A stretch of DNA of 64,000 nt, taken from assembly GCA_965248435.1 (NCBI GenBank), contig OZ252100.1, positions 5,472,001-5,536,000 of the forward strand. Reading direction: 5' to 3'. This DNA is from Candidatus Latescibacterota bacterium (GTDB lineage: Bacteria; Latescibacterota; UBA2968; GCA-2709665). The notes below the pieces were generated by a model that was not told the DNA's origin, ran no database searches, and saw nothing but the letters and a program-made list of their open reading frames with translations. Positions 39,830 to 48,357 of this stretch are shown here, in pieces. The position numbers and the translations under genes are program-made. Positions within the stretch are counted from its first letter, which is position 1, and every line of letters begins with the position of its first letter.

Positions 39830-40683
39830 GTCTAAGCGATCTGAGCGGGCAACCCTCCCTGAGCCGCCTGCTGGACCGGAGCGAGATTCCGTCTCGCGCA
39901 GTAGGTATCTTCTGGCTTGGGGGGCCTTCGCTTGTCCTGAAGAGCCCATCTCAAAGGGTCTATCTGTTTGATCCGGAATTTTCCAACTGGAATGGTCGTA
40001 TCCCCGTCGGGGCGATCGACGTGCGGCCTGACGTTGTGATTGGGACCGGAGTGAGCCGATCTGGCCTCGACATTTCTACGCTAACCCGTCTGGCTGCGGC
40101 CTTCCCGGAGGTGCGGTTCGTCGCCTCTGAGGCGAGCAGGGACGAGATGATCGGTCGATCGGGGCACGTTTCGGATGAGGTTCCCATTAATCCTGCACGC
40201 GTGCACGAAATAACATCTGGCGATCGCCTCAACGTCAGGCGCTTGGGGATCCGGGATTCGTTGTCTGTTGATTTCGTGCTGGACGAAGCACATCCACCAG
40301 AGGCAGCCCTGGACCTTGTCATAAACATTTCTGGAATCAGGCTCTGTCTGATTCGGGGATCCTGCAGCCCGGAGGGCCTGGAACGGCACGCGGCCAAAAA
40401 TCGTCGGATTGATGTCGTGATCTGGACCCTGGAGAGCGAAAATCTAGACCCGGTCTGCGAGGCGGTGGCCAAACTCCACCCCCGCAACGTGATCCCAATC
40501 GGCTACGATCGTCTGGCCGGGGGTGTATCGGTTGCGAAGCAGTTCAAAGCGGTTGTTAGCCTAGTTCGAGGTGTCAAGGTCTACCTGTTTCCGGAGGACT
40601 ATCTGGAAGGGTTTTTATATTCCAGGATCATGAGCCGGCAGGGATCGCAACAACGTAACACGAATCGGAATCGCCGAGAATGA
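39826..40683 (+). CDS. Metallo-beta-lactamase-fold (UlaG-like) protein lacking metal ligands
   Basis: 'IFWLGG..LVLKS...LFDP', 'RPDVVIGT', 'VIPIGYD'; no HxHxDH. Confidence 0.6.
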   Translation: MSLSDLSGQPSLSRLLDRSEIPSRAVGIFWLGGPSLVLKSPSQRVYLFDPEFSNWNGRIPVGAIDVRPDVVIGTGVSRSGLDISTLTRLAAAFPEVRFVASEASRDEMIGRSGHVSDEVPINPARVHEITSGDRLNVRRLGIRDSLSVDFVLDEAHPPEAALDLVINISGIRLCLIRGSCSPEGLERHAAKNRRIDVVIWTLESENLDPVCEAVAKLHPRNVIPIGYDRLAGGVSVAKQFKAVVSLVRGVKVYLFPEDYLEGFLYSRIMSRQGSQQRNTNRNRRE

Positions 40684-42971
40684 AAGCCCACTTCTATCTG
40701 GCGCTTTTGCCCCTCTTCGTCGAGACCACTTCCCCCGCGGCCCAAGACACGGATCCGAATCCTGGAATGTCGGATACGACGAACGCTTTCCTGAATGAGA
40801 TTCCCGTGGAAGCCGTCGTGGCCGAACTCGGAGATTCGCTTTATACACCCGCGGAGGGACGCGCGCGAATCGTAAGGGATCGATATGGCGTTCCTCACAT
40901 TTTCGGGAAAACAGATCTCGATGCGGCCTTCGGTTTTGGATATGCCCAGTCGGAGGATCACCTGATAGAAATGCTGTTGAATTATCGAGCAGCCGCGGGG
41001 AGGCGCTCTGAAATCCTCGGGCAGGAGCACCTGGAGGACGACTACAAGGCCCTCCTCTGGCGGATTCATACGGTGGCCGGGGAACGGTATGGATCGATTC
41101 CGGAATCTGTCAGGGCCTTCATCGGGGCGTTTGCGGAGGGAGTCAATCACTACATAGAGGTCCATGAGCCGGTGTTGCCGTCGTGGGTCGAACCGGTCAG
41201 CGGTGCCGATGTCGTGGCCCTCGGCCGCTGGATCAATCTCTATTTTGCCGAATCGGCTGGTCTTCCGGAACTGAAAAAGAAAGGCATTCGTTCGATATCT
41301 GAGGCGCCCATCGGATCGAATCAATGGGTCGTTCGCCCACCTCGATCCGCCACGGAAGGCCCGGTATTTGCCATGGATCTGCACCTTCCCTGGAGCAGTC
41401 CCTTACAGGTGTATGAAGCACATCTTGTGAGCCAGGAAGGCTTGAACGTGTCAGGTGCCACCTTTTTCGGCATTCCGGTCATCGTCGTGGGGCACAACGA
41501 TCGAATTGCCTGGTCGCTGACCGTGAACGAGGCCGACATTTTTGATCTGTACGAGGAGAAGCTGGACCCCGCCAATCCAAAACGCTACGTCTACGAGCGG
41601 GAAAAGCACCGGATGTCTTCCCGGCGAGTAAAGATCAAAGTGCGAAGTGGACAGGGCGTCATCGAAGCCCAGCGGGAGCTCCTGTATACACACCACGGGC
41701 CGGTCTACAAGGTCGTTGGAGATTGGGCCTATGCCGCCCGATCCAGCGTAGAAGACGTTGTGAACACGATCGGGCAGCTGTATGAGATGAACCGGTCGAA
41801 GGATCTGAAAGAATTCAAGAAGGCGATGGCTCGACTCGAATTGCCTATGTTCAACGTGATGTATGGAGATGTTGACGGTAACATCTTCTATGTCTTTAAC
41901 TCGAGGAGTCCGATTCGATTGGAAAGGTTTGACTGGCGTTCGGCCGTTCCGGGATGGACGGCGGAAACAGAGTGGCGTGGGGTGGTCGTTTTCGATCGGC
42001 TTCCGCAGATCACGAATCCGGCTTCCAATTTCCTCCAAAACTGCAATACGGCCCCCGACCTTGTTACCGTGGACAGCGGATTGGAGGCCGGTGCCTACCC
42101 CTCCTTCCTGGGCTGGGGAAGCGTAAACGACCGTTCCAGACGCGTGTTCAGCTGGCTTTGGTCAACGGCACAGATCGGTCCTGACCAGATAAAGGAGATG
42201 CTTCGGGACGAGTACCTGATCTCAGCAGAAGAACTGAAAGGGATTGTTCTCGGGGCGTACAATCGATCCTGGCAGGAGATCTACGATCCAGACGGCAGAC
42301 TCGCTTTGGCCGTCAATCTCTTGCGTGACTGGGACAACCGGGCCTCGGTCGAGAGCCGGGGCACGCTCCTGTTCTCTGCCTGGAAGGAGCGGTTTGACCC
42401 GCTCCTGGAAAGAATCCCGGCTGACCAGAGTCGAGCAACAGTGGTTCTAGAAAAGCTCGCACTCGAGGCGTTGCGCACGGCAGTCGAGTACTTGACAACG
42501 ACCTACGGGCGCCTTGATCCACTCTGGGGCGAAGTACAGGTGATCGAGCGGGGAAACCACCACTTTCCGGTCGGGGGTTCTCCCCCTGGGATGTCTTCTT
42601 TGCACGCGACCTGGTCGAAACGGGGCACTGACGGGTTGATGCGGGCATACGGCGGTTCGGCCTTCACGATGCTCGTCTCCCTTGATCAGCAGGTTGGGGC
42701 GTGGAGTCTGGTTCCCCACGGAAGCAGCGAAGACCCGGACTCCCCACATTATTCTGACCAGGCTGAGTTGCAGGAAAGTGGGACATTCAAGCCGGCATGG
42801 TTCAGTGAAACAGATATTCAGGCGAACATAGAATCCATCACAACGGTTCCGCTGGAAGAGGAAGAGGCCGAGTGGGCCACCCTCAGGGCGTTGTGGCGTC
42901 AGCAACAGGCTTCCGCACCGCCAGAAAACTCGCCTGCCGAGGGGAGCGGAGACGGGACGGAGCTAGAATGA
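40680..42971 (+). CDS. Penicillin acylase family (Ntn-hydrolase) protein
   Basis: 'IVRDRYGVPHI', 'GYAQSED', nucleophile 'GSNQW', 'HGPV', 'SPHYSDQ'. Confidence 0.92.
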   Translation: MKAHFYLALLPLFVETTSPAAQDTDPNPGMSDTTNAFLNEIPVEAVVAELGDSLYTPAEGRARIVRDRYGVPHIFGKTDLDAAFGFGYAQSEDHLIEMLLNYRAAAGRRSEILGQEHLEDDYKALLWRIHTVAGERYGSIPESVRAFIGAFAEGVNHYIEVHEPVLPSWVEPVSGADVVALGRWINLYFAESAGLPELKKKGIRSISEAPIGSNQWVVRPPRSATEGPVFAMDLHLPWSSPLQVYEAHLVSQEGLNVSGATFFGIPVIVVGHNDRIAWSLTVNEADIFDLYEEKLDPANPKRYVYEREKHRMSSRRVKIKVRSGQGVIEAQRELLYTHHGPVYKVVGDWAYAARSSVEDVVNTIGQLYEMNRSKDLKEFKKAMARLELPMFNVMYGDVDGNIFYVFNSRSPIRLERFDWRSAVPGWTAETEWRGVVVFDRLPQITNPASNFLQNCNTAPDLVTVDSGLEAGAYPSFLGWGSVNDRSRRVFSWLWSTAQIGPDQIKEMLRDEYLISAEELKGIVLGAYNRSWQEIYDPDGRLALAVNLLRDWDNRASVESRGTLLFSAWKERFDPLLERIPADQSRATVVLEKLALEALRTAVEYLTTTYGRLDPLWGEVQVIERGNHHFPVGGSPPGMSSLHATWSKRGTDGLMRAYGGSAFTMLVSLDQQVGAWSLVPHGSSEDPDSPHYSDQAELQESGTFKPAWFSETDIQANIESITTVPLEEEEAEWATLRALWRQQQASAPPENSPAEGSGDGTELE

Positions 42972-43966
42972 ACGAGATGGCGTCTGGAAGAGGACCGCTG
43001 TTCATAGACCCGGATCCGGAGGCGGCCAGAGCGTTCTTCCGCCAGAAGCGTAATGCCAATACCCAGAAGGTGATGACGGTCAAGGAGGCAGTGTCTCGGT
43101 TCGTCAAGGACGGAGATTATGTTGCCTCTGGCGGATTTGGGACGAACCGAATAGCTACTGCGGCACTCCACGAGATTCTCCGTCAAGGGAAACGGGATCT
43201 GGGGCTTGCGGGCCATACGACGACGCACGATTTCCAGATTCTGACCGCAGGGAATCGTAATGGAGAGCAGGTTTTATCCCGCGTGGACGCAGCCTATATC
43301 GTGGGCCTGGAGGCCAGAGGGCTTTCTCCCCACGCCCGCCGCGTGATACAGGGTGGCGATGTGGAGGTTTGTGAATGGACGAATTATGCCCTGGCGTGTC
43401 GCTTCAGGGCGGCAGCGGCAGGGATACCGTTTATGCCCATGCGCAGCCTGCTGGGGACGGATACCTTCACCTTCAGCGCAGCCGTGGAAGTCGAATGCCC
43501 GTTCACGGGTCGAAAACTGACGGCCGTTCCCGCCCTTTTCCCGGATGTTTCGCTGATTCACGTTCACGAAAGCGATTCGGATGGGAATTGCCGGATTCTG
43601 GGCATCACGGTTGCCGACCTGGACATCGCGCGGGCCTCGAAACGGTTGATTGTGACGACGGAACGGATCGTCGATACGGCGGAGATTCGCCGGACGCCAC
43701 ACGCGACTGATATTCCAGCGTTCTGCGTGGATGCGGTGTGCCACGTTCCTTTCGGTTCCTACCCGGGAAACATGCCAGGAGAGTACTTTTCCGACGAGGC
43801 ACATCTTGCGCGGTGGATGGAGGAAGAGTCGGACCTGGTTGGCTTTGAGGCGTTCCTCCAAGAGTATGTTTATGCTGTTCCCGACTTCCCGGCCTACCTG
43901 GAGCTTTGCGGCGGCAGGGACCGCTTGCGTGAGCTGAGGGCCATCGAACATCTCGCGGAAGCCTGA
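42968..43966 (+). CDS. CoA-transferase subunit A (glutaconate CoA-transferase-like)
   Basis: 'GIPFMPMRSLLGTD', 'PALFPDVSLIHV', 'VPFGSYPG'. Confidence 0.9.
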   Translation: MNEMASGRGPLFIDPDPEAARAFFRQKRNANTQKVMTVKEAVSRFVKDGDYVASGGFGTNRIATAALHEILRQGKRDLGLAGHTTTHDFQILTAGNRNGEQVLSRVDAAYIVGLEARGLSPHARRVIQGGDVEVCEWTNYALACRFRAAAAGIPFMPMRSLLGTDTFTFSAAVEVECPFTGRKLTAVPALFPDVSLIHVHESDSDGNCRILGITVADLDIARASKRLIVTTERIVDTAEIRRTPHATDIPAFCVDAVCHVPFGSYPGNMPGEYFSDEAHLARWMEEESDLVGFEAFLQEYVYAVPDFPAYLELCGGRDRLRELRAIEHLAEA

Positions 43967-43987
43967 GTCACCCATAGGGCACTGAGA

Positions 43988-44755
43988 ATGGCCAACTATA
44001 ATGCGATGGAGTTGATGATCTGCGCTGCTTCGCGTCTCCTCGAGGACGGCGCTGTTGTGGGCGTAGGTACAGGGGCGCCGTGCGCGACGGCGATGCTGGC
44101 ACAAAAGACACACGCACCCAATCTGTTGGTTCTGTTCGAAGCAGGAGGCGTTGCCCCGCAACTTCCTTCGATGCCCATTTCCGTGGGTGACTCCCGGACG
44201 TTCTACCGGGGTTTGATGGCGACGAGCATGTGCGATATCATGGATGCCTGCCAGAGGGGGGGCGTCGACTACGCATTTCTGGGCGGCGCGCAAATCGACA
44301 GATTCGGGAACTTGAACTCGACGGTGATCGGCGATTTCGAAAAACCCAAGATCCGCTTTCCTGGCAGCGGGGGAGCGAACGACTTCGCCAGCCTGTGCTG
44401 GCGCACGCTTGTGATCACTCAGCACGACCGGCGTCGCTTTGTGGAGCGCCTCGATTTTCTGACCACGCCGGGTTATTTGACGGGTCCGGAAGCGAGAGAT
44501 GCAGCCGGGCTTCCAATCGGAACCGGACCGTATCGTGTGATTACCGATCTGGCCGTCCTGGGGTTCGACCCGGAGACCCGGGAGATGCAGTTGGAAAGTC
44601 TGCATCCCGGCGTTACCTTTGATCAGGTCCAGGAGCATACCGGGTTCTCACTCCGGCAGTCTGCGAGACTGGATGAAACGGAGCCGCCGAGGGCGGAGGA
44701 GCTTCGGATTCTCAGGGAGGAGGTCGACCCCGATGGCTATATTATTGGGCGATAA
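43988..44755 (+). CDS. CoA-transferase subunit B
   Basis: 'LFEAGG', 'FLGGAQIDRFGNLNST', 'PGSGGANDF'. Confidence 0.92.
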   Translation: MANYNAMELMICAASRLLEDGAVVGVGTGAPCATAMLAQKTHAPNLLVLFEAGGVAPQLPSMPISVGDSRTFYRGLMATSMCDIMDACQRGGVDYAFLGGAQIDRFGNLNSTVIGDFEKPKIRFPGSGGANDFASLCWRTLVITQHDRRRFVERLDFLTTPGYLTGPEARDAAGLPIGTGPYRVITDLAVLGFDPETREMQLESLHPGVTFDQVQEHTGFSLRQSARLDETEPPRAEELRILREEVDPDGYIIGR

Positions 44756-45567
44756 TGCTGGCGCTTGAAGACCGGGTTGGGGTTTCGACGCTTTGCTTAA
44801 AAGGGCTTGCGCCCACTGATGCGGTCGAGGCGACCCTGGAAGCTGGTTTCTCGGCCTTCGAGTTCACACCGATCACCTACGGTGGACCAGAGGTGTTTGA
44901 TGGGGATGGACGGGGAAAGCTTCGGGACCTGTTCAAATCATTCAAGCTGGTGTCCGTCCACTCCTCCGGGATGGGAGACGTTTGCAGCGAGGACACTACC
45001 ACACGGGAGCGGGCAAGGCGGCGATACATCGCGCTCGCCCGGTTTGCAGTCGACGTGGAGGCGGACATCCTGACGCTACATCCCGGAAGGGGACAAGACG
45101 GACCCGCTCGCGCTGAATCCTGGCGGGAGAACGTGGCGTTCGGACGCGAGTTGCTGGAGAGGGTTTCCGGACACGGGATCACCCTGGGATATGAACTGTT
45201 TGATGCTCGCGTGGCACGCGGGATCGGGAGCCCTGATTTCGGCGTGCTGTTCGACCTAGGCCACGCCGTGCGACGGGGGCCCGAGCTTGGGACATCAGAT
45301 GTGCTCGGTATGATGGGTGAGCTGGCGGAGCAGATCGTGCAGTACCACGTGCATGGTGTGGGCGAGCCCGGAAAGACCGATCACGTTCCATTTCACCAGA
45401 ACACCTGGCTTGACTATCGTCGTATCACGAGACATATCCAGGCTTCAGGTTTTTCGGGTCCGTTGATGCTCGAGATCGGAATCCGCCGGGAAGCCTGGCA
45501 GGAAAACCTCGAGGATTGTCGAGCTGCTCGTGAGGACCTTTTGGGCGCAGCAATACGACCCGAATAA
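44755..45567 (+). CDS. Sugar phosphate isomerase/epimerase (AP endonuclease 2 TIM barrel)
   Basis: 'GYE', 'FDLGH', 'YHVH', 'DH', 'MLEI'. Confidence 0.8.
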   Translation: MLALEDRVGVSTLCLKGLAPTDAVEATLEAGFSAFEFTPITYGGPEVFDGDGRGKLRDLFKSFKLVSVHSSGMGDVCSEDTTTRERARRRYIALARFAVDVEADILTLHPGRGQDGPARAESWRENVAFGRELLERVSGHGITLGYELFDARVARGIGSPDFGVLFDLGHAVRRGPELGTSDVLGMMGELAEQIVQYHVHGVGEPGKTDHVPFHQNTWLDYRRITRHIQASGFSGPLMLEIGIRREAWQENLEDCRAAREDLLGAAIRPE

Positions 45568-45620
45568 GTTTACCTAGGAGTAAGGCTTGCTGGACCATCA
45601 CCTATTCAGGAGGGAAAGAG

Positions 45621-46598
45621 ATGAGGCTCGTGACTTATGCAATTAAGAAGGAGTCCTTCGTTGGCGCGCTGGTAGCAGACGACCGAATCGTGATCGATCT
45701 GAAGGCGGCAGATCAAGCTCTGGCCAGGAGGGAAAAGCGGAAAGCCCACCCCTTCTGGGCGGATATGCTGACGCTTTTGGAGGCGGGCACCAAGGGACGA
45801 AATGCGGCACGCAAGGCCGCTAACGCAGCGCTAAACGGTCTGGGCAGCCCGCCCAAGGCTAATGGAAAGACGGCCCACAACGCGAGCAGGGTCAAGCTCA
45901 GGGCGCCTGTTCCAAACCCTCGAAAGGTCTTCTGCCTGGCAGGGAATTACCAGGACCATATCGAGGAGAGTGGGACAAAAAAGATGGACATCCAGGACCA
46001 GGAGACACCCCGGGTCTTCATGAAGCCTCCAACCTCCACCGTCATCGGCCCGAATGACAGCATCCTGATCCCGCCGGTCGCTCGAGCCATCGACTGGGAA
46101 GGCGAGCTTGCCGTAGTCATCGGCCGGAAGGCGAAGGGGGTGGGTCCCGATGAGGCTCTAAACTATGTTGCCGGTTACACCGTGATGAACGACGTTTCCG
46201 AGCGCGACCTCGTGATCAAAGATCGCACGGACAGCAGGCCCATGGACAAGTGGTTTGACTGGCTGAACGGGAAGTGGCTGGACACGTTTGCGCCACAGGG
46301 ACCCTGCATCGTCACTTCCGATGAGATTCCAGATCCTCAGGTCCTGGATATCAGCACGTTTATCAACGGAGAGCGGAAGCAGCACAACAACACCGGACAG
46401 ATGCTTTACCCGGTGAACAAAATCATCGAATACATATCGGCGATCATTACACTCGAGCCTGGAGACCTGATCAGCACCGGGACGATTTCTGGTGTGGGGG
46501 CCACAACGGGCACGTTCATGAAGCCGGGCGATTCCGTCGAAGTGGAGATTTCGCAGATCGGGACTTTGCGAAGCAAGGTCGCGGCCAGCAAGAAGTAG
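45621..46598 (+). CDS. Fumarylacetoacetate hydrolase family protein
   Basis: 'DWEGELAVVIG', 'NDVSERD', 'TLEPGDLISTGT'. Confidence 0.93.
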   Translation: MRLVTYAIKKESFVGALVADDRIVIDLKAADQALARREKRKAHPFWADMLTLLEAGTKGRNAARKAANAALNGLGSPPKANGKTAHNASRVKLRAPVPNPRKVFCLAGNYQDHIEESGTKKMDIQDQETPRVFMKPPTSTVIGPNDSILIPPVARAIDWEGELAVVIGRKAKGVGPDEALNYVAGYTVMNDVSERDLVIKDRTDSRPMDKWFDWLNGKWLDTFAPQGPCIVTSDEIPDPQVLDISTFINGERKQHNNTGQMLYPVNKIIEYISAIITLEPGDLISTGTISGVGATTGTFMKPGDSVEVEISQIGTLRSKVAASKK

Positions 46599-46621
46599 AG
46601 CCGCATCTGTCGAAACGCATT

Positions 46622-46656
46622 TCAGCCCTGGGGGATGCTCGATCCCTCAGGGCTGA
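46622..46656. terminator. Hairpin between convergent genes
   Basis: TCAGCCCTGGGGGAT...ATCCCTCAGGGCTGA. Confidence 0.55.
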
Positions 46657-46672
46657 TCTATTCCAATCCATG

Positions 46673-47638
46673 TCAATAAGCGTAGCGCTCAGGGTTCTGT
46701 TTCAGTTTCAACAGGAAGTCTTTGACAATCCCCTCCTGGTCGTACTCCGGCCTCCAATTCCATTCCTTGCGAGCATTGGAATCATCCAGCTTGAGCTGGA
46801 GCTTGTCCAATATCTGCTGAAGTTCTTTATTGAGTTCAAACTCAACATTTGCTTCGGGAATTCGGGATTTGACGATCTTGACCAATTCACTCGCACTCGG
46901 AGTTGGGGTTACCCCTGCCAGCACGTAGTTTGCCCTCTTGAGCTGTTCCATGGGCGCCGATGCCAACTTGGTAATGGCGCTTGCCGCGTCCTTGATGTAG
47001 ATCACAGGGATCCTGGTTGCGGGTTTTACCCGCATGGTGTAGGGATTCCCTTTTGCGCACTCTTCGATCACTTCGCAGGTGTACTGGACCCCTCCTGGAA
47101 TACGGGCCCCCGGACCTATGATAAAAGGATATCGTATTCCTCTGAAGTCCAGGCCATATCTTCGTTTGTAGAAGATACCCATGTGTTCTCCGAACACCTT
47201 CGTCGCCCCGTAGAAGAGGGTCGGGCGTTGAAGGGTATGATCATCGATGGTCTTTCCCTGAATGTCGGATCCGTATGTCCAAAGGGTGCCCGGAAAGAGG
47301 ACTTGCTCAACTTCAAAAAGTCTGGCCGCCTCCAGCACGTGGTGGGTGCCCATCGCGTTCGTTCGAAAGGCCGATGAAGGATCGATCTCGGAAGGCATCG
47401 AAAGCATCGCACCGAGGTGATAGATGATCCGGGGGCGAACTTTCTTCACTGCGTCCAGTACGTGACTGAATTCGCCCAGGTCTCCCCGAATGATCTCAAC
47501 GCGATTGAGCAGATCGTCTATTCGCTTCGTGAACGGATGAAGGTCGAACAGGAACAGGTCCGTGTCTCCGCGTTCCTCCAGAACTCGTACGACCTCTGCA
47601 CCCAAAAATCCCGTCCCGCCCGTGATAAGCGTAGCCAA
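46673..47638 (-). CDS. Extended SDR, NAD-dependent epimerase / L-threonine 3-dehydrogenase-like
   Basis: 'ITGGTGFLG', 'YGATK', 'LDFRGIRYP'; TTG start with GAGG RBS. Confidence 0.85.
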   Translation of the reverse strand: MATLITGGTGFLGAEVVRVLEERGDTDLFLFDLHPFTKRIDDLLNRVEIIRGDLGEFSHVLDAVKKVRPRIIYHLGAMLSMPSEIDPSSAFRTNAMGTHHVLEAARLFEVEQVLFPGTLWTYGSDIQGKTIDDHTLQRPTLFYGATKVFGEHMGIFYKRRYGLDFRGIRYPFIIGPGARIPGGVQYTCEVIEECAKGNPYTMRVKPATRIPVIYIKDAASAITKLASAPMEQLKRANYVLAGVTPTPSASELVKIVKSRIPEANVEFELNKELQQILDKLQLKLDDSNARKEWNWRPEYDQEGIVKDFLLKLKQNPERYAY

Positions 47639-48144
47639 ATCAGATTTCCTCGGAAGTCGATTGCAGATGGATGGGCTGTCACACCAAAAGTAAGAAGGAT
47701 GTAAACAAAAAGAAAAGGAAAAAGGGGCTGGCAATTGGCCAGATTTGGTCTCTATCCATCTCTGATCTTGTTTGCATTAGGATGGTATATTTATGCGGGT
47801 GTGAGAAGCATACCCCCTCTGAGATGGAATCTGAACTCCTCGAGTAGACCGCCGAGTCTGATCGACCGGATTCGGATGTTTCGGGAGATTCTGCGTGGAG
47901 CAATAACCAGGAATAGAAAGTAAATTGGAAGCCCATTTCGGGAGAAATCATCGGACGCTCTTTCCAGGATTTGCAAAGCGGATTCGGATATCCGAGCACC
48001 TTCAGCAAACGTATCGCCACGAGGGGATTGAGAGGTTTGACCTTGCAAGAGAAAAGAAGCTGTCAGCAGAGTATCGTCCGGCCATGGTGAGTAGTTCCAC
48101 ACGACACCACGATGGGTCGATTATATTGGGAAACTAGGAATGTT

Positions 48145-48160
48145 TGGCACGCCTCTTGCA
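48145..48160 (+). promoter_or_regulatory. sigma54 (-24/-12) promoter
   Basis: TGGCAC-GCCTC-TTGCA, consensus match. Confidence 0.75.
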
Positions 48161-48357
48161 TTTATAGATCGAATAAGTGCTGCGGGTTTAAGGATTTAAG
48201 TTTGGGTGTTGCGCCAGGTTTGCATTTTTAATATTTTGGAACCATTGAACTTACAACCTTTGAAATTCCGAATCCACACAGTTTCGAAAGCCCGGGAAGG
48301 CCATTGTCACAATTCTGACAGCACTGGGTAGATTTCAGCCATTTATGGGGTCCCACA

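Noticed and set aside
47700-48140. Short ORFs between the SDR gene and the FapA-like gene
   Set aside because: No RBS or recognisable motifs; at most decayed sequence.
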